64,000 bases of DNA. Source: Phormidesmis sp. (GTDB lineage Bacteria > Cyanobacteriota > Cyanobacteriia > Leptolyngbyales > Leptolyngbyaceae). The stretch's first letter is position 1, and each line of letters starts with the position of its first letter. This document shows, in pieces, positions 32,893-42,797 of this stretch. The position numbers and the translations under genes are program-made. The stretch is from positions 960,001 through 1,024,000 of the forward strand of contig CBDFJR010000005.1 in NCBI GenBank assembly GCA_965248535.1, in the 5' to 3' direction. The notes below the pieces were generated by a model, which saw nothing but the letters and a program-made list of their open reading frames with translations, ran no database searches and was not told the origin of the DNA.

Positions 32893-35700
32893 TTAAATCA
32901 TCTCAGAGGTTGCCTCAACTGGGGCCTGCGCTTGGGGCTGGAACTGGAACAGCGAATACACCACATCTCGACGGATGTTGATCATCATCTCTAAAAACAG
33001 TTCGTAGCCTTCGCTCTTATACTCAATGAGCGGATCTTTTTGCCCATAGCCTCGCAAGCCGACCGATTCGCGTAGAGCATCCATCTGCTGAAGGTGTTCT
33101 CTCCACAAAGTGTCGATGCGGTTAAGAATAAAGAATCGTTCGGCTTGACGCATTAAGCCCGGCTGAAGCTGATCGACTTCGGCTTCCTTCAGGTCATAGG
33201 CAATGCGGGCCTGCTCGTGCAAGAAGGTTTTGATTTCGCCCAAGGTCATGTCTGCTAACTGATCTGGCTCTAGATCTTCTAGCAGATAGACAAATTCTTT
33301 GACTTTGCCGACGAGCTTATCGAGTTCCCACTCTTCGGGCGGTAGGTCAACGTTAATGTAAGCATTCACGATGTCATCCATCGTTTGCTCGGCATATTTA
33401 ACCACTTGCTCTTTGAGGTCTTGCCCCTCAAGCACTCGGCGACGCTCGGCGTAGATGGCACGACGCTGATTGTTCATCACTTCGTCATACTCAAACACCT
33501 GCTTACGAATGTCGTAGTAGTAGGTTTCGACTTTCTTTTGAGCGCCTTCCAGCGATCGGGTCAACATCCCCGACTCGATCGGCATATCTTCTTCGACCCG
33601 GAAGGCATTCATCAAGCCAGCAACGCGATCGCCGCCAAAAATTCGCAGCAGATTATCCTGCAAGCTGAGAAAGAACTTGGTCGAACCGGGATCACCCTGT
33701 CGCCCCGCCCGTCCGCGCAGTTGGTTGTCGATTCGCCGCGACTCGTGTCGCTCGGTGCCAATGACGTGTAGACCCCCAAAGCCAACGACTTCTTCGTGTT
33801 CGCTGTCGGTAAATGCGTCGTATTCTTGACGAATTAGCTTATAGACTTCTCGCAGTTGTTGAATCGCTGGGTCGCTGGTGGGCGCTTTTTCGGCCGCAGT
33901 TGCGATCTTATCTTCGGCTTCCAACTCAGGTAGGCTGCGTTCGCCATATTGTTTGACGGCGGTCGAAACGGCATCCTTCAGACGTTGCTCCGTTTCGCGC
34001 GAGAGATCGGTGGGATAGATATCAGATTTGACTTTCCAGGTCTTGACTTTTTGATTGACACCAAAGCCTTGAGCACTGCCGCGAAGATCGCCAAACCCTC
34101 GTGCCCCGCCAAATTGGTCTTCGTCCTCAGGCTGGACGATTTTGGGCATCAGATATTCACGAATCTTGAGACGCGCCATATAGTCTGAGTTGCCGCCCAG
34201 AATAATGTCGGTGCCGCGCCCCGCCATATTGGTGGCGATCGTCACTTTGCCTTTGCGTCCGGCTTGAGCAATAATCTCAGATTCTCGCTCGACGTTTTCT
34301 GGTTTGGCGTTGAGCAAGTTGTGCGGCACGCCCTGATCGGCCAGCAAACCTGAAAGCAATTCTGACTTCTCAACGCTGGTGGTACCCACCAAAACGGGAC
34401 GGCCGTCGCGGTGCATCTCGGCGCATTCTTCGGCGATCGCGTTCCATTTAGCGTCTTCAGTCTTGTAGACCACATCGGATTGATCGCCCCGCTTGGTGGT
34501 GCGGTTGGTCGGAATGATCGTGACTTCTAGCTTGTAGATTTTCTCAAATTCGGCTTCTTCGGTCTTGGCGGTGCCCGTCATGCCCGCAAGTTTGGGGTAG
34601 AGCAAGAAAAAGTTTTGGTAAGTAATCGTTGCCAGAGTTTGAGTCTCGTTTTGAATCTCGACGTGCTCTTTGGCCTCGATCGCTTGGTGCAGCCCATCGC
34701 TCCAGCGCCGACCCGGCATGACTCGCCCAGTGAACTCATCGACAATCACCACTTCGTCATTGCGAACGATGTAGTTGACATCTTTGATAAACAGTTCTTT
34801 GCCTTTGATGGCGTTAAAAACATAGTGCGCCCAAGGGTCTTGGGGGTCAAACAGATCGGTGACCTCCAGCAAATTCTCGGCTTCGATAAACCCTTCGTCG
34901 GTCAGCAGAATGTTGCGCTGCTTTTCATCGACTTCATAGTGCTCATCGGGGCGAAGGGCACTGGCGATCGTCGAAGCTTGCAAATATTTCTCAGTCGGCC
35001 GCTCGACCTGACCTGAAATAATCAGGGGAGTTCGGGCTTCGTCAATCAGCACCGAGTCTACTTCGTCAATCACGCAATAGTTAAACGGACGCTGCACGAC
35101 TTCTTCCATTGAGGTCGCCATGTTGTCGCGCAGGTAGTCAAAGCCCAATTCACTATTGGTAGCGTAGGTGATGTCACAGGCGTAGTTTTTTTGACGCTCG
35201 GCAGGACTCATATTCTGCTGAATCAGCCCCACACTCAAGCCCAAAAAGCGGTGCACTTGACCCATCCATTCCGCGTCGCGTCGGGCCAGATAATCGTTGA
35301 CCGTGACGACATGAACGCCTTTGCCTGAGAGCGCATTCAGATAAGCAGGCAGGGTTGAAACAAGGGTTTTGCCTTCTCCGGTTTTCATCTCGGCGATTTG
35401 CCCGTTGTGCAGCACCATGCCCCCCAAAAGCTGCACGTCAAAGTGTCGCATTCCTAAAACTCGTTTGCCCGCTTCTCGCACCACTGCAAACGCTTCGGGC
35501 AGCAGGTCATCTAGGATCTGTTTTTGCTCGTTGTCGTTTTTGGCCTTTTGCAGTCGTTGCCTAAATTCTGCGGTTTTCGCGGTCAACGCCTCGTCTGAGA
35601 GTGCCTGAATCTCATCTTCTAAGAGTTTGATCTCAGTGATGTAGGGTTGATATTTTTTGAGCTTACGTGCGTTGGGGTCGCCCAGCAGAGTTTTCAGCAT
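32893..35700 (-). CDS. secA: Preprotein translocase subunit SecA
   Basis: [46 protein letters not shown]. Confidence 0.98.
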   Translation of the reverse strand: MLKTLLGDPNARKLKKYQPYITEIKLLEDEIQALSDEALTAKTAEFRQRLQKAKNDNEQKQILDDLLPEAFAVVREAGKRVLGMRHFDVQLLGGMVLHNGQIAEMKTGEGKTLVSTLPAYLNALSGKGVHVVTVNDYLARRDAEWMGQVHRFLGLSVGLIQQNMSPAERQKNYACDITYATNSELGFDYLRDNMATSMEEVVQRPFNYCVIDEVDSVLIDEARTPLIISGQVERPTEKYLQASTIASALRPDEHYEVDEKQRNILLTDEGFIEAENLLEVTDLFDPQDPWAHYVFNAIKGKELFIKDVNYIVRNDEVVIVDEFTGRVMPGRRWSDGLHQAIEAKEHVEIQNETQTLATITYQNFFLLYPKLAGMTGTAKTEEAEFEKIYKLEVTIIPTNRTTKRGDQSDVVYKTEDAKWNAIAEECAEMHRDGRPVLVGTTSVEKSELLSGLLADQGVPHNLLNAKPENVERESEIIAQAGRKGKVTIATNMAGRGTDIILGGNSDYMARLKIREYLMPKIVQPEDEDQFGGARGFGDLRGSAQGFGVNQKVKTWKVKSDIYPTDLSRETEQRLKDAVSTAVKQYGERSLPELEAEDKIATAAEKAPTSDPAIQQLREVYKLIRQEYDAFTDSEHEEVVGFGGLHVIGTERHESRRIDNQLRGRAGRQGDPGSTKFFLSLQDNLLRIFGGDRVAGLMNAFRVEEDMPIESGMLTRSLEGAQKKVETYYYDIRKQVFEYDEVMNNQRRAIYAERRRVLEGQDLKEQVVKYAEQTMDDIVNAYINVDLPPEEWELDKLVGKVKEFVYLLEDLEPDQLADMTLGEIKTFLHEQARIAYDLKEAEVDQLQPGLMRQAERFFILNRIDTLWREHLQQMDALRESVGLRGYGQKDPLIEYKSEGYELFLEMMINIRRDVVYSLFQFQPQAQAPVEATSEMI

Positions 35701-35961
35701 ATCGGGAGGGATAAGACGTTTTTGAATCTTTAGGAGAGTTTTAAGCTAGCTGAGGGAGCGATCGGGCCACTGCAAAACCAGCCAAACTAAGGACTGAACT
35801 ACTCATTCAGAGTATCCCAATCTTATCACTCTGGGAGAGTGGGTGACGGGAGACGGCGATCGGGTGAAATCCGTACTTTTGATTTCTTGAGACGATGAGA
35901 CTAATTTACAGCGTCTATCTAAATCTGGAACGTTTTTGCGATCGCCCGTTTTCTCCAACTG

Positions 35962-36921
35962 CTACCTGCGTCGCCGCGGAATGCCGCTGATCTTAAGCAC
36001 GTCATAGAGCGTGGCACAATAGGTTGGCAGCCCAAAGGTCGCCGGGTTGACCGCATTCTGGTAAGTAAAGTGCAGATAGTGGAGTGAAAACCGCTCCCAG
36101 TCGCCCATTTGGATGCGAAATAGAAAAATAAACAGATCCGCCAGCCACAGCGAGAGCGGAATCCGAAAATAAACTTTTTGATTGAGATAGTCACAGGTTT
36201 CGGCGATCGCCTGATTGACCGTGATTTTTTCGTTGCCTAAAACCATCGCCCGCGGCTCGGTTTCGGTGGCAGGGTGCTCGACCAGGTGCCGCACCACTTG
36301 GGCAATATCGCGACCGTGCACAAAGTGAAAACTGCCCTCAGCGTCTAAAAACCGGATCAGCTTAATCCACTTCACAACATCGGCAATGCCCGACGAGATG
36401 TGGGAATAGGGATAACCATCGCCCCCACCCAACACCAGCGTCGGAAAAACCGTCGTGATTTTGGGCGCGATCGCCAACTCTCCTAGGCGTGAATAGCAAA
36501 TATATTTAGAGCGAATATAATCACTGCCGATCTCTCCGGCTTCTTTGAGGGGCTGATTATCGCGGCCCAACACACTCGCCGTACAAAAATAAATCACCCG
36601 TTCGCAGATCTCTGGGTCAAGCAGATTCATCAACGCCAACGTTTTGACCACATTGATGTCATGAATCTCGTCACCGCCCCAAGCCGTTGCCGTTAGCACT
36701 GCACAGTGAATCGTTTTGAGCAGACTGCCGTGTTGCTCAATGTCTCGCATATCAGAGCAAATCACCGTGACACCGGGGCGGGCATGAACGTTTAGCTTCA
36801 GTTTGTCAGGGTCTCTGACCAGCAAAAACAGTTCATGTCCGGTTTCTTGAATTAAGGCTTCAGCAATGTAGTGACCGATGCAGCCACTCGCACCAGTCAC
36901 CAAGATTCGCTTTAAGGTCAT
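35962..36921 (-). CDS. NAD(P)-dependent epimerase/dehydratase family protein
   Basis: TGASGCIG, YIRSK; directly downstream of hemE. Confidence 0.85.
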   Translation of the reverse strand: MTLKRILVTGASGCIGHYIAEALIQETGHELFLLVRDPDKLKLNVHARPGVTVICSDMRDIEQHGSLLKTIHCAVLTATAWGGDEIHDINVVKTLALMNLLDPEICERVIYFCTASVLGRDNQPLKEAGEIGSDYIRSKYICYSRLGELAIAPKITTVFPTLVLGGGDGYPYSHISSGIADVVKWIKLIRFLDAEGSFHFVHGRDIAQVVRHLVEHPATETEPRAMVLGNEKITVNQAIAETCDYLNQKVYFRIPLSLWLADLFIFLFRIQMGDWERFSLHYLHFTYQNAVNPATFGLPTYCATLYDVLKISGIPRRRR

Positions 36922-36954
36922 TTGGGCGCGGGTAGGGTGTGGGGTGTCTCACCC

Positions 36955-38019
36955 TTAATAAGTTGATGTAGCTAGTAGCTTATCAACCTGTTTGGCAGTT
37001 TCAAAGAAGAAAGCCGCATTTTCTTCAGGTGTATGGGGAAGAATACCATGTCCGAGGTTGAGAATGTGTCCTCGATTACCTGCTTTGCGGATGGTGTCGA
37101 GAATGCGATCGCGAATAAACTCTCTAGACCCAAACAAAACGCCAGGGTCAAGATTTCCCTGCACTTTGACATCTTTGCCTAATCGAGCACGAGCGTCTGC
37201 CATGTCAACTGACCAATCAACGGTGATGATATCAGCCCCTGACTGCCCCATTCTCTCTAAAACACCTGCGCTGCCGCTCACCAGTAAGATTAGCGGAGTG
37301 TCGGGGTGAGTCGCTTTGACTTGCTTAAAGACGCGCTGCTGATAGGGCAAAGCAAAGGTGTCATAGTCTTGAGGGCTGAGTTGACCCGCCCACGAGTCAA
37401 ACATCTGCACCACTTGAGCGCCACAGTCGATCTGATAGCGCATATAGGTGGCGATCGAGTCTGCCAATTTGCCTAAAAGCTGGTGCAAGATGGTCGGGTC
37501 GGAGAACGCCATGTTCTTGATCACCGAGTAGGTTTTAGAGCCTTTGCCCTCCACCATATAAGCGGCCAGCGTCCAAGGCGCGCCGACAAAGCCCAGCACG
37601 GTTGACTGATTGCCGACTTCTTGACGCAGCGCCGTGAGAATCTGCTTAATAAAAGGCAGCGACTCTTCGGGTTCTAGGGGGCGCAGTTGATCAACTTGCG
37701 CTTGAGTGCGAATCGGCGACTCAATAATCGGGCCTTTGCCTTCGGCAATATCCATTTCAACGCCGATCCCTGGCAGAGGCGTGACGATATCTGAGAAGAG
37801 AATTACGCCGTCTGGCTGAAAGGCTTTCCAGGGTTGCAGCGAGATCTCGATCGCCACCTCTGGAATCTCGGAGCGCTCACGAAACGAGGGGTAGCGATCC
37901 CGCAGATCTCGATAGGCTTTCATATAGCGACCTGCTTGTCGCATCATCCATACGGGAGGACGATCGAGTGCTTCTCCTCGTGCCGCCCGCAATAAGTAAG
38001 GAACCTGCTGCCCCGTCAT
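36955..38019 (-). CDS. hemE: Uroporphyrinogen decarboxylase
   Basis: [24 protein letters not shown]. Confidence 0.97.
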   Translation of the reverse strand: MTGQQVPYLLRAARGEALDRPPVWMMRQAGRYMKAYRDLRDRYPSFRERSEIPEVAIEISLQPWKAFQPDGVILFSDIVTPLPGIGVEMDIAEGKGPIIESPIRTQAQVDQLRPLEPEESLPFIKQILTALRQEVGNQSTVLGFVGAPWTLAAYMVEGKGSKTYSVIKNMAFSDPTILHQLLGKLADSIATYMRYQIDCGAQVVQMFDSWAGQLSPQDYDTFALPYQQRVFKQVKATHPDTPLILLVSGSAGVLERMGQSGADIITVDWSVDMADARARLGKDVKVQGNLDPGVLFGSREFIRDRILDTIRKAGNRGHILNLGHGILPHTPEENAAFFFETAKQVDKLLATSTY

Positions 38020-38288
38020 TTCAGCCTCGTTTGATAAGTGGTTTCAATTCATTTGTCAGCTTATCACTGTGGGTCTTCGCTTTCGCTGACAAGGCTTGTA
38101 ATGTAACGGTTTTGAAATGTTTGACAAGAGTGGAGGTCTTTCTTTAGGAGCACGATCCCATTCTGCAAGCCAATCAAACTGCGACTTAAAGTGGACAGCA
38201 ATCTCAAGCATAAGAAAGATTCTTAGCGGGGAGAGACTGCGTAGTCTTGAGTTGTTCAACCAAAGTTTTAGATCAAGGATTTCAAATC

Positions 38289-38573
38289 ATGAAAAATACA
38301 CTCACCAAGGTTTTAGCGGCAAGCGCAGTGGCAATGAGCCTAGCAGTCCTTCCGGCTTCTGCCCAGACTAGCGGCACGGGCACCACCACAGACGGCACGG
38401 GCACTACCGCAACCCGAACAGACTATGACCACGGCGATCGCAATGGTTATTGGGGCTTGATGGGCTTGTTGGGTTTGTTTGGGCTAATGGGCCGTCGCAG
38501 CAAACAAGATGACACCGCGACTGCATACCGTGACCCCAGCACGTCTGAAACGATAGGTTCACGCCGTCCTTAA
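38289..38573 (+). CDS. WGxxGxxG-CTERM family secreted/membrane protein
   Basis: Signal peptide (PASAQ), T/G-rich linker, WGLMGLLGLFGLMGRR. Confidence 0.85.
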   Translation: MKNTLTKVLAASAVAMSLAVLPASAQTSGTGTTTDGTGTTATRTDYDHGDRNGYWGLMGLLGLFGLMGRRSKQDDTATAYRDPSTSETIGSRRP

Positions 38574-38602
38574 TTGTTACGTTGAATATTCTGCTTATGA
38601 TT

Positions 38603-38635
38603 TGGGGCAATCGAAAGGTTTGCCCCATTCTTATT
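38603..38635 (+). terminator. Hairpin terminator after the WGxxGxxG gene
   Basis: TGGGGCAA-N9-TTGCCCCA followed by TTCTTATT. Confidence 0.6.
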
Positions 38636-38792
38636 TGTAGAAGACTTTAGAGTGTAATTACGAAGTCTAAATGTGGTGTGAAGGGCCGTTTCAACCCCTT
38701 AGAAAGGCAGTAATAGTTAACATGGTACGATTCTGATTGCCTCTTTAAAGCTAGCAGCGTTTAGCCCTTACCTGCTCACATTAAATCTAGAG

Positions 38793-39806
38793 TTATTTCT
38801 GAGTTTGCAGGCACGCTCTAGGATACCTCAGTCGTAACTCCTTCAATCGCTTGACAACATATTGTTCAAACAAGGGATGCTGAGGAAAGCCTTCTAAGTC
38901 TCCTCTTGTAGAATATCTATGAATAATATAAGAAAAAATTTCAGAGTCAGATTTTTCTTTAACCGACTGAAAGAGCGAGGGCAAAATAGTATTAATACTT
39001 TGTCGTTTGCTTTGCAAACTTGTATCTTCAAGAATCGTGTTCAAAACTTCTCGCCATGAACTACTGTCGAAATCGTCAGGTGGTTGAATTGAGTTTTCAA
39101 AACTCCATAGGAAATAGTTTTTGCTGCCTAAGCTAAAAAACATCTTTGCCTTGTGTACTGAATAGGGTTCAGAAGTTAAATTGGTGTTTAAACCCAATTT
39201 ATATACTTGCGTATTTGGAGACATAAAGCTACTTACAACTGTTTTATTTTTGTCAACCTCTGCACATATATAGCCTGGAGGTAGAGCACTAAACACCTTT
39301 ATTAAAGCAGTGTCTCTTGATGTTCCGCTTCGTTGAATTACTTCTATCAATGTTTTCTCGAAGTTAGAAACATCTACTTCTGCAAGAATATCAACTAGCC
39401 ATGAAGTCGGCATTAGAAGCTCTGCGGCAAATCTATTAGCTTCGCCTTCAATCTGCCTATACTCATAATCTCCACCTCTATTAGGCTGGAAGTCAGAACC
39501 AGTCTCCTCCTCATCATTCTCTTTAAAATCTGTATGAGACACTACATTTCCAATGTGCCAGGGGATTATGACGTGACCTAACTCATGTGCTAGTGTAAAT
39601 CGCTGTCTAACTTCAGGGCGCAAAGAGTTAATATAAGTTTTGGGTTTATCAGATTGCTTCAATCCTAGGCTCATACCATCAGCTTCAACAGGAAAATCTA
39701 AAAAACTCACCTCTGCATATAGTGAGACTAACTCTTTCATATCGTAAGGAGGAATAAGATTATGTCTTTTCAAAAGTCTGTAAGCGAATTTCTCTTCAGG
39801 CCTCAT
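38793..39806 (-). CDS. ImmA/IrrE family (M78, CapP-like) zinc metallo-endopeptidase without N-terminal HTH
   Basis: YINS...RQRFTLAHELGH (39573-39587) and EGEANRFAAELLMP; long C-terminal extension. Confidence 0.92.
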   Translation of the reverse strand: MRPEEKFAYRLLKRHNLIPPYDMKELVSLYAEVSFLDFPVEADGMSLGLKQSDKPKTYINSLRPEVRQRFTLAHELGHVIIPWHIGNVVSHTDFKENDEEETGSDFQPNRGGDYEYRQIEGEANRFAAELLMPTSWLVDILAEVDVSNFEKTLIEVIQRSGTSRDTALIKVFSALPPGYICAEVDKNKTVVSSFMSPNTQVYKLGLNTNLTSEPYSVHKAKMFFSLGSKNYFLWSFENSIQPPDDFDSSSWREVLNTILEDTSLQSKRQSINTILPSLFQSVKEKSDSEIFSYIIHRYSTRGDLEGFPQHPLFEQYVVKRLKELRLRYPRACLQTQK

Positions 39807-40122
39807 CTAGCTTTCCAATTTTCTTCAACCAACTCATGACACGTTGAGCTTCCTCTTTGCTGGAGGCTCTTGCAGCTAATGCTTGAATCTCTTTAGGTGG
39901 TGCATTCTCTAGACTTAGACCTTTTCTTCTTGCAGCAACTATCTCCCCAAGGATGCTAGGATTAGTGACCCAAAGAGAGTATTCCTGCCAAGTCATCCCT
40001 AAATACTGATATAACTCAGTATCTTCTGAAGCATTATCATCATGCCAAGCATCAACATAGTCGTCTACTTCGTCTAGAAATGAATCGCCATTAATACATT
40101 TGTCAATAAATGATGTGTCCAT
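39796..40122 (-). CDS. Hypothetical acidic protein, putative immunity/antitoxin
   Basis: 108 aa; acidic N-half (LDEVDDYVDAWHDD), LYQYLGMTWQEYSLW, C-terminal ALAARA; its 3' end overlaps the peptidase start by 11 bp. Confidence 0.8.
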   Translation of the reverse strand: MDTSFIDKCINGDSFLDEVDDYVDAWHDDNASEDTELYQYLGMTWQEYSLWVTNPSILGEIVAARRKGLSLENAPPKEIQALAARASSKEEAQRVMSWLKKIGKLDEA

Positions 40123-40127
40123 AAAAC

Positions 40128-40367
40128 CTAGTTCTGCTTGCTGATTTTACGTCCTCTGACAGCGGGCTTTATAACTTCGCCTGTGATTGGGGAGATAACG
40201 CCAAGATGTTTGCCTCTCTTATTGAAAACTTCTACCTCTCCATGAAGTGAGTCCCAGGTATAGTATATCTCTGTCTGCGGGTCTTTGAAGACTTTTCGCC
40301 CTCCTTCTATTCCAACAACCTGACATCCGTCAAGGATGGAAGGCTTGGGTATTGGTTTACCGCCCAT
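40128..40367 (-). CDS. Stand-alone colicin E3-like cytotoxic ribonuclease domain
   Basis: GGRKVF...YYTWDSLHGEVEVFNKRGKHLGVISPITGEVIKPAVRGRKI aligns by eye with the colicin E3 C-terminus (IYEWDSQHGELE...GQHLGSFDPKTG...KRNI). Confidence 0.85.
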   Translation of the reverse strand: MGGKPIPKPSILDGCQVVGIEGGRKVFKDPQTEIYYTWDSLHGEVEVFNKRGKHLGVISPITGEVIKPAVRGRKISKQN

Positions 40368-40519
40368 TCCAAGTATTCTACTGATTTAACATAAGTTGAG
40401 TCATTGTAGCCTTGATACCACGGATTCTAAAGTGTGTCCGTAAAATCTAGATCTGAGCTAAGGATTACTGCTCCAAATTGTAATCCATATAGCGTTCATT
40501 CCGAGTTTGTAGATAGCTC

Positions 40520-40768
40520 CTAGTGTAAATCTGCATCCCAGACAGCAACGTAGATGCGATCGCGGCTATGTCGCTCGATCACGCCCTTTAAGTTGCCTTG
40601 CTGAAAGCGATATCGAGCAGATTGTCGTTGATAGACTTGCTGAAGTCTGGCCATCAAGCCAGAGGGAGCTTGACTGCACAACGTTCTATTAACGGTGACT
40701 TGCAGAAGCAACGGATCGATCGTGGGGGCAAACGACGTTGGGCTAAAATCCAGCGTCAAGTACCCCAA
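40520..40768 (-). pseudogene. Probable C-terminal fragment of a conserved cyanobacterial protein
   Basis: Weak TTG start inside the guaD 3' end; coding-like ...GVIERHSRDRIYVAVWDADLH; host-like GC. Confidence 0.45.
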
Positions 40769-42126
40769 CGTTCTCCCATGATGTAGGTGGCATCAATGGC
40801 TCGATCGTCGCCCATCATGATCAACGTAAAGACTCGCTCTGCCAGTTCACCAAGAGAGACGGCTGGGGTGTCTGAGTTGCGAAACGCCATCAGCGGCGTA
40901 GATCGCAGATTGAGCACAATAAAGTCAGCTTCTTTGCCCTGATCGAAATTGCCGATCGTGTCATCCAGCGACAGCGCCCTTGCGCCGCCTAGTGTGGCCA
41001 AAAACAGCGCTTGGAAAGGGGAGAGCGTTTGCTGTCGCAATTGTGCCACTTTATAGGCTTCGTTGGCTGTTTGCAGGAGCGAAAAGCTGGTTCCTGCTCC
41101 CACATCGGTGCCTAAGCCGACTTTAACCGGATGTTCTGCTGACTTGGCTTGCTCAAGTCTAAATAAGCCACTGCCCAAAAATAGATTGGAGGTGGGGCAA
41201 AACGCGATCGCTGCTTTTGCGGCTGATAGTCGTTTCAGTTCTTCATCGGTAAGATGCACTCCGTGGGCAAAGACCGCCCGATCGCGCACTAATCCCGCTT
41301 GATCATAGACATCTAAATAGCCGCTAGAGTCTGGAAATAGCTCCTTCACCCACGCTACTTCGTTCACATTTTCAGAGAGATGGGTGTGCAGATAGAGATC
41401 TGGAAACTCGTCCAACAGTTTTCTGGCCAGACCTAGCTGCTCGTTGGTAGAGGTGATCGCAAATCGAGGTGTAACGGCATAGAGCGATCGCCCGTTTTTG
41501 TGCCATTTTTGAATCAGCGCTTTGCTGTCTTGATACGACGTTTCTGCCGTATCTGTCAAATAGTCTGGGGCGTTGCGATCCATCATCACTTTGCCTGCAA
41601 TCATCCTCAGATTGCGGCGGCTGGACTCTTCAAAAAACGCCTCTGTGCAGACTGGAAAGACCGCCGTAAACACCAGTGCCGTCGTGGTGCCATTTTTTAG
41701 GAGTTCGTCTAAAAAAATAGCCGCCACTTTTTGAGCATAGGCCCGATCGCTAAACTTACGCTCGGTCGGAAAAATATACTGATTCAGCCATTCCAAAAGC
41801 TGTTCGCCATAGGCGGCAATCATTTCGGTTTGAGGAAAATGAATGTGAGTATCAATAAATCCCGGCATGATCAGCCGCCCGACATAAGAGGTGATCGGCA
41901 GCGCCGCATACTGATCCTTCAGAAGGTCGTAGGCTCCTAGTTCTTTGATCTTTCCGTCTTCTAAAATCAGCAGCCCATCAGGAATGTAGCGAACGCTTTC
42001 TGACTCAACCTGATAAAAGGGGTCGTCAACAAAATCCAAGAAGGAGCCGCGAAACGCCTTGAGAGAGGGTGTTGGAGACTGAGCGAGGCTTGCCATATCG
42101 GGACTAACAACGTTGGATGTATTCAT
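40756..42126 (-). CDS. guaD: Guanine deaminase
   Basis: PGFIDTHIHFPQ, TPRFA, HTHLSEN, CPTSNLFLGSG, GTDVGAG. Confidence 0.95.
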   Translation of the reverse strand: MNTSNVVSPDMASLAQSPTPSLKAFRGSFLDFVDDPFYQVESESVRYIPDGLLILEDGKIKELGAYDLLKDQYAALPITSYVGRLIMPGFIDTHIHFPQTEMIAAYGEQLLEWLNQYIFPTERKFSDRAYAQKVAAIFLDELLKNGTTTALVFTAVFPVCTEAFFEESSRRNLRMIAGKVMMDRNAPDYLTDTAETSYQDSKALIQKWHKNGRSLYAVTPRFAITSTNEQLGLARKLLDEFPDLYLHTHLSENVNEVAWVKELFPDSSGYLDVYDQAGLVRDRAVFAHGVHLTDEELKRLSAAKAAIAFCPTSNLFLGSGLFRLEQAKSAEHPVKVGLGTDVGAGTSFSLLQTANEAYKVAQLRQQTLSPFQALFLATLGGARALSLDDTIGNFDQGKEADFIVLNLRSTPLMAFRNSDTPAVSLGELAERVFTLIMMGDDRAIDATYIMGERWGT

Positions 42127-42217
42127 CGTATCCCCCCATAGGCAACCACCTTGCCCTCTAACTGGGCGTGACTTTGAGGCACCGCTTTGATCGGGTGTGG
42201 CGCGGTCAGCAAGCGGA

Positions 42218-42658
42218 CTACCACTTTTTATAGGCTAAGAATTTTCCATTCATCGTCACCTTGACCCGATCGCCCTTGGGGTCTTCAATTTTGTCAATAT
42301 CTAAGGTGAAGTCGATCGCGCTCATGATGCCATCGCCAAACTTTTCGTGAATGATCGCTTTCATCGGCATTCCATAAACCTGCATGATTTCATAAAAGCG
42401 ATAAATCAAGGGATCAGTCGGCACGATCGGGCCCAGTCCTTTAACAGGAGAGGCAGTCAACTCTGGGGCGAGATCAAGGCTGAGTCCCAATATCGTCAAC
42501 AGTTTGGTGGCTTCGTCTTCAGACGCGCTGGCCTGTTGATAAAACAAGGCGGCGATCCACACTTCGTCGCGCCCGATCGCAGCTTCTAAGTCTGCAAAAC
42601 TCAATCCTTTGGCTTTTTTAGCGGCTAAAAGCTGCTCAGTGATGGCTAAAACAGTCAT
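42218..42658 (-). CDS. cynS: Cyanase
   Basis: [34 protein letters not shown]. Confidence 0.96.
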   Translation of the reverse strand: MTVLAITEQLLAAKKAKGLSFADLEAAIGRDEVWIAALFYQQASASEDEATKLLTILGLSLDLAPELTASPVKGLGPIVPTDPLIYRFYEIMQVYGMPMKAIIHEKFGDGIMSAIDFTLDIDKIEDPKGDRVKVTMNGKFLAYKKW

Positions 42659-42714
42659 GCAAGAGATTTGATACAGTCCGCTCTAAGTCCTAACAAGACG
42701 GCTGTCCAGGTGTT

Positions 42715-42728
42715 GTAGTCAACGCTAC
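42715..42728. promoter_or_regulatory. NtcA binding site upstream of cynS
   Basis: GTA-GTCAACGC-TAC (TGTA-N8-TACA), 56 bp upstream of the cynS ATG. Confidence 0.75.
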
Positions 42729-42797
42729 AAAATTTTGGGCAACCCTGTTGGCGTTTGGCGGGCAGTCTTCTAAGATTAAACCTGCCAACTCATCTCT

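Noticed and set aside
38680..38722. GTTTCAACCCC..., resembling a cyanobacterial CRISPR repeat start
   Set aside because: Single copy with no array; better explained as a small hairpin (AAGGG...CCCTT).
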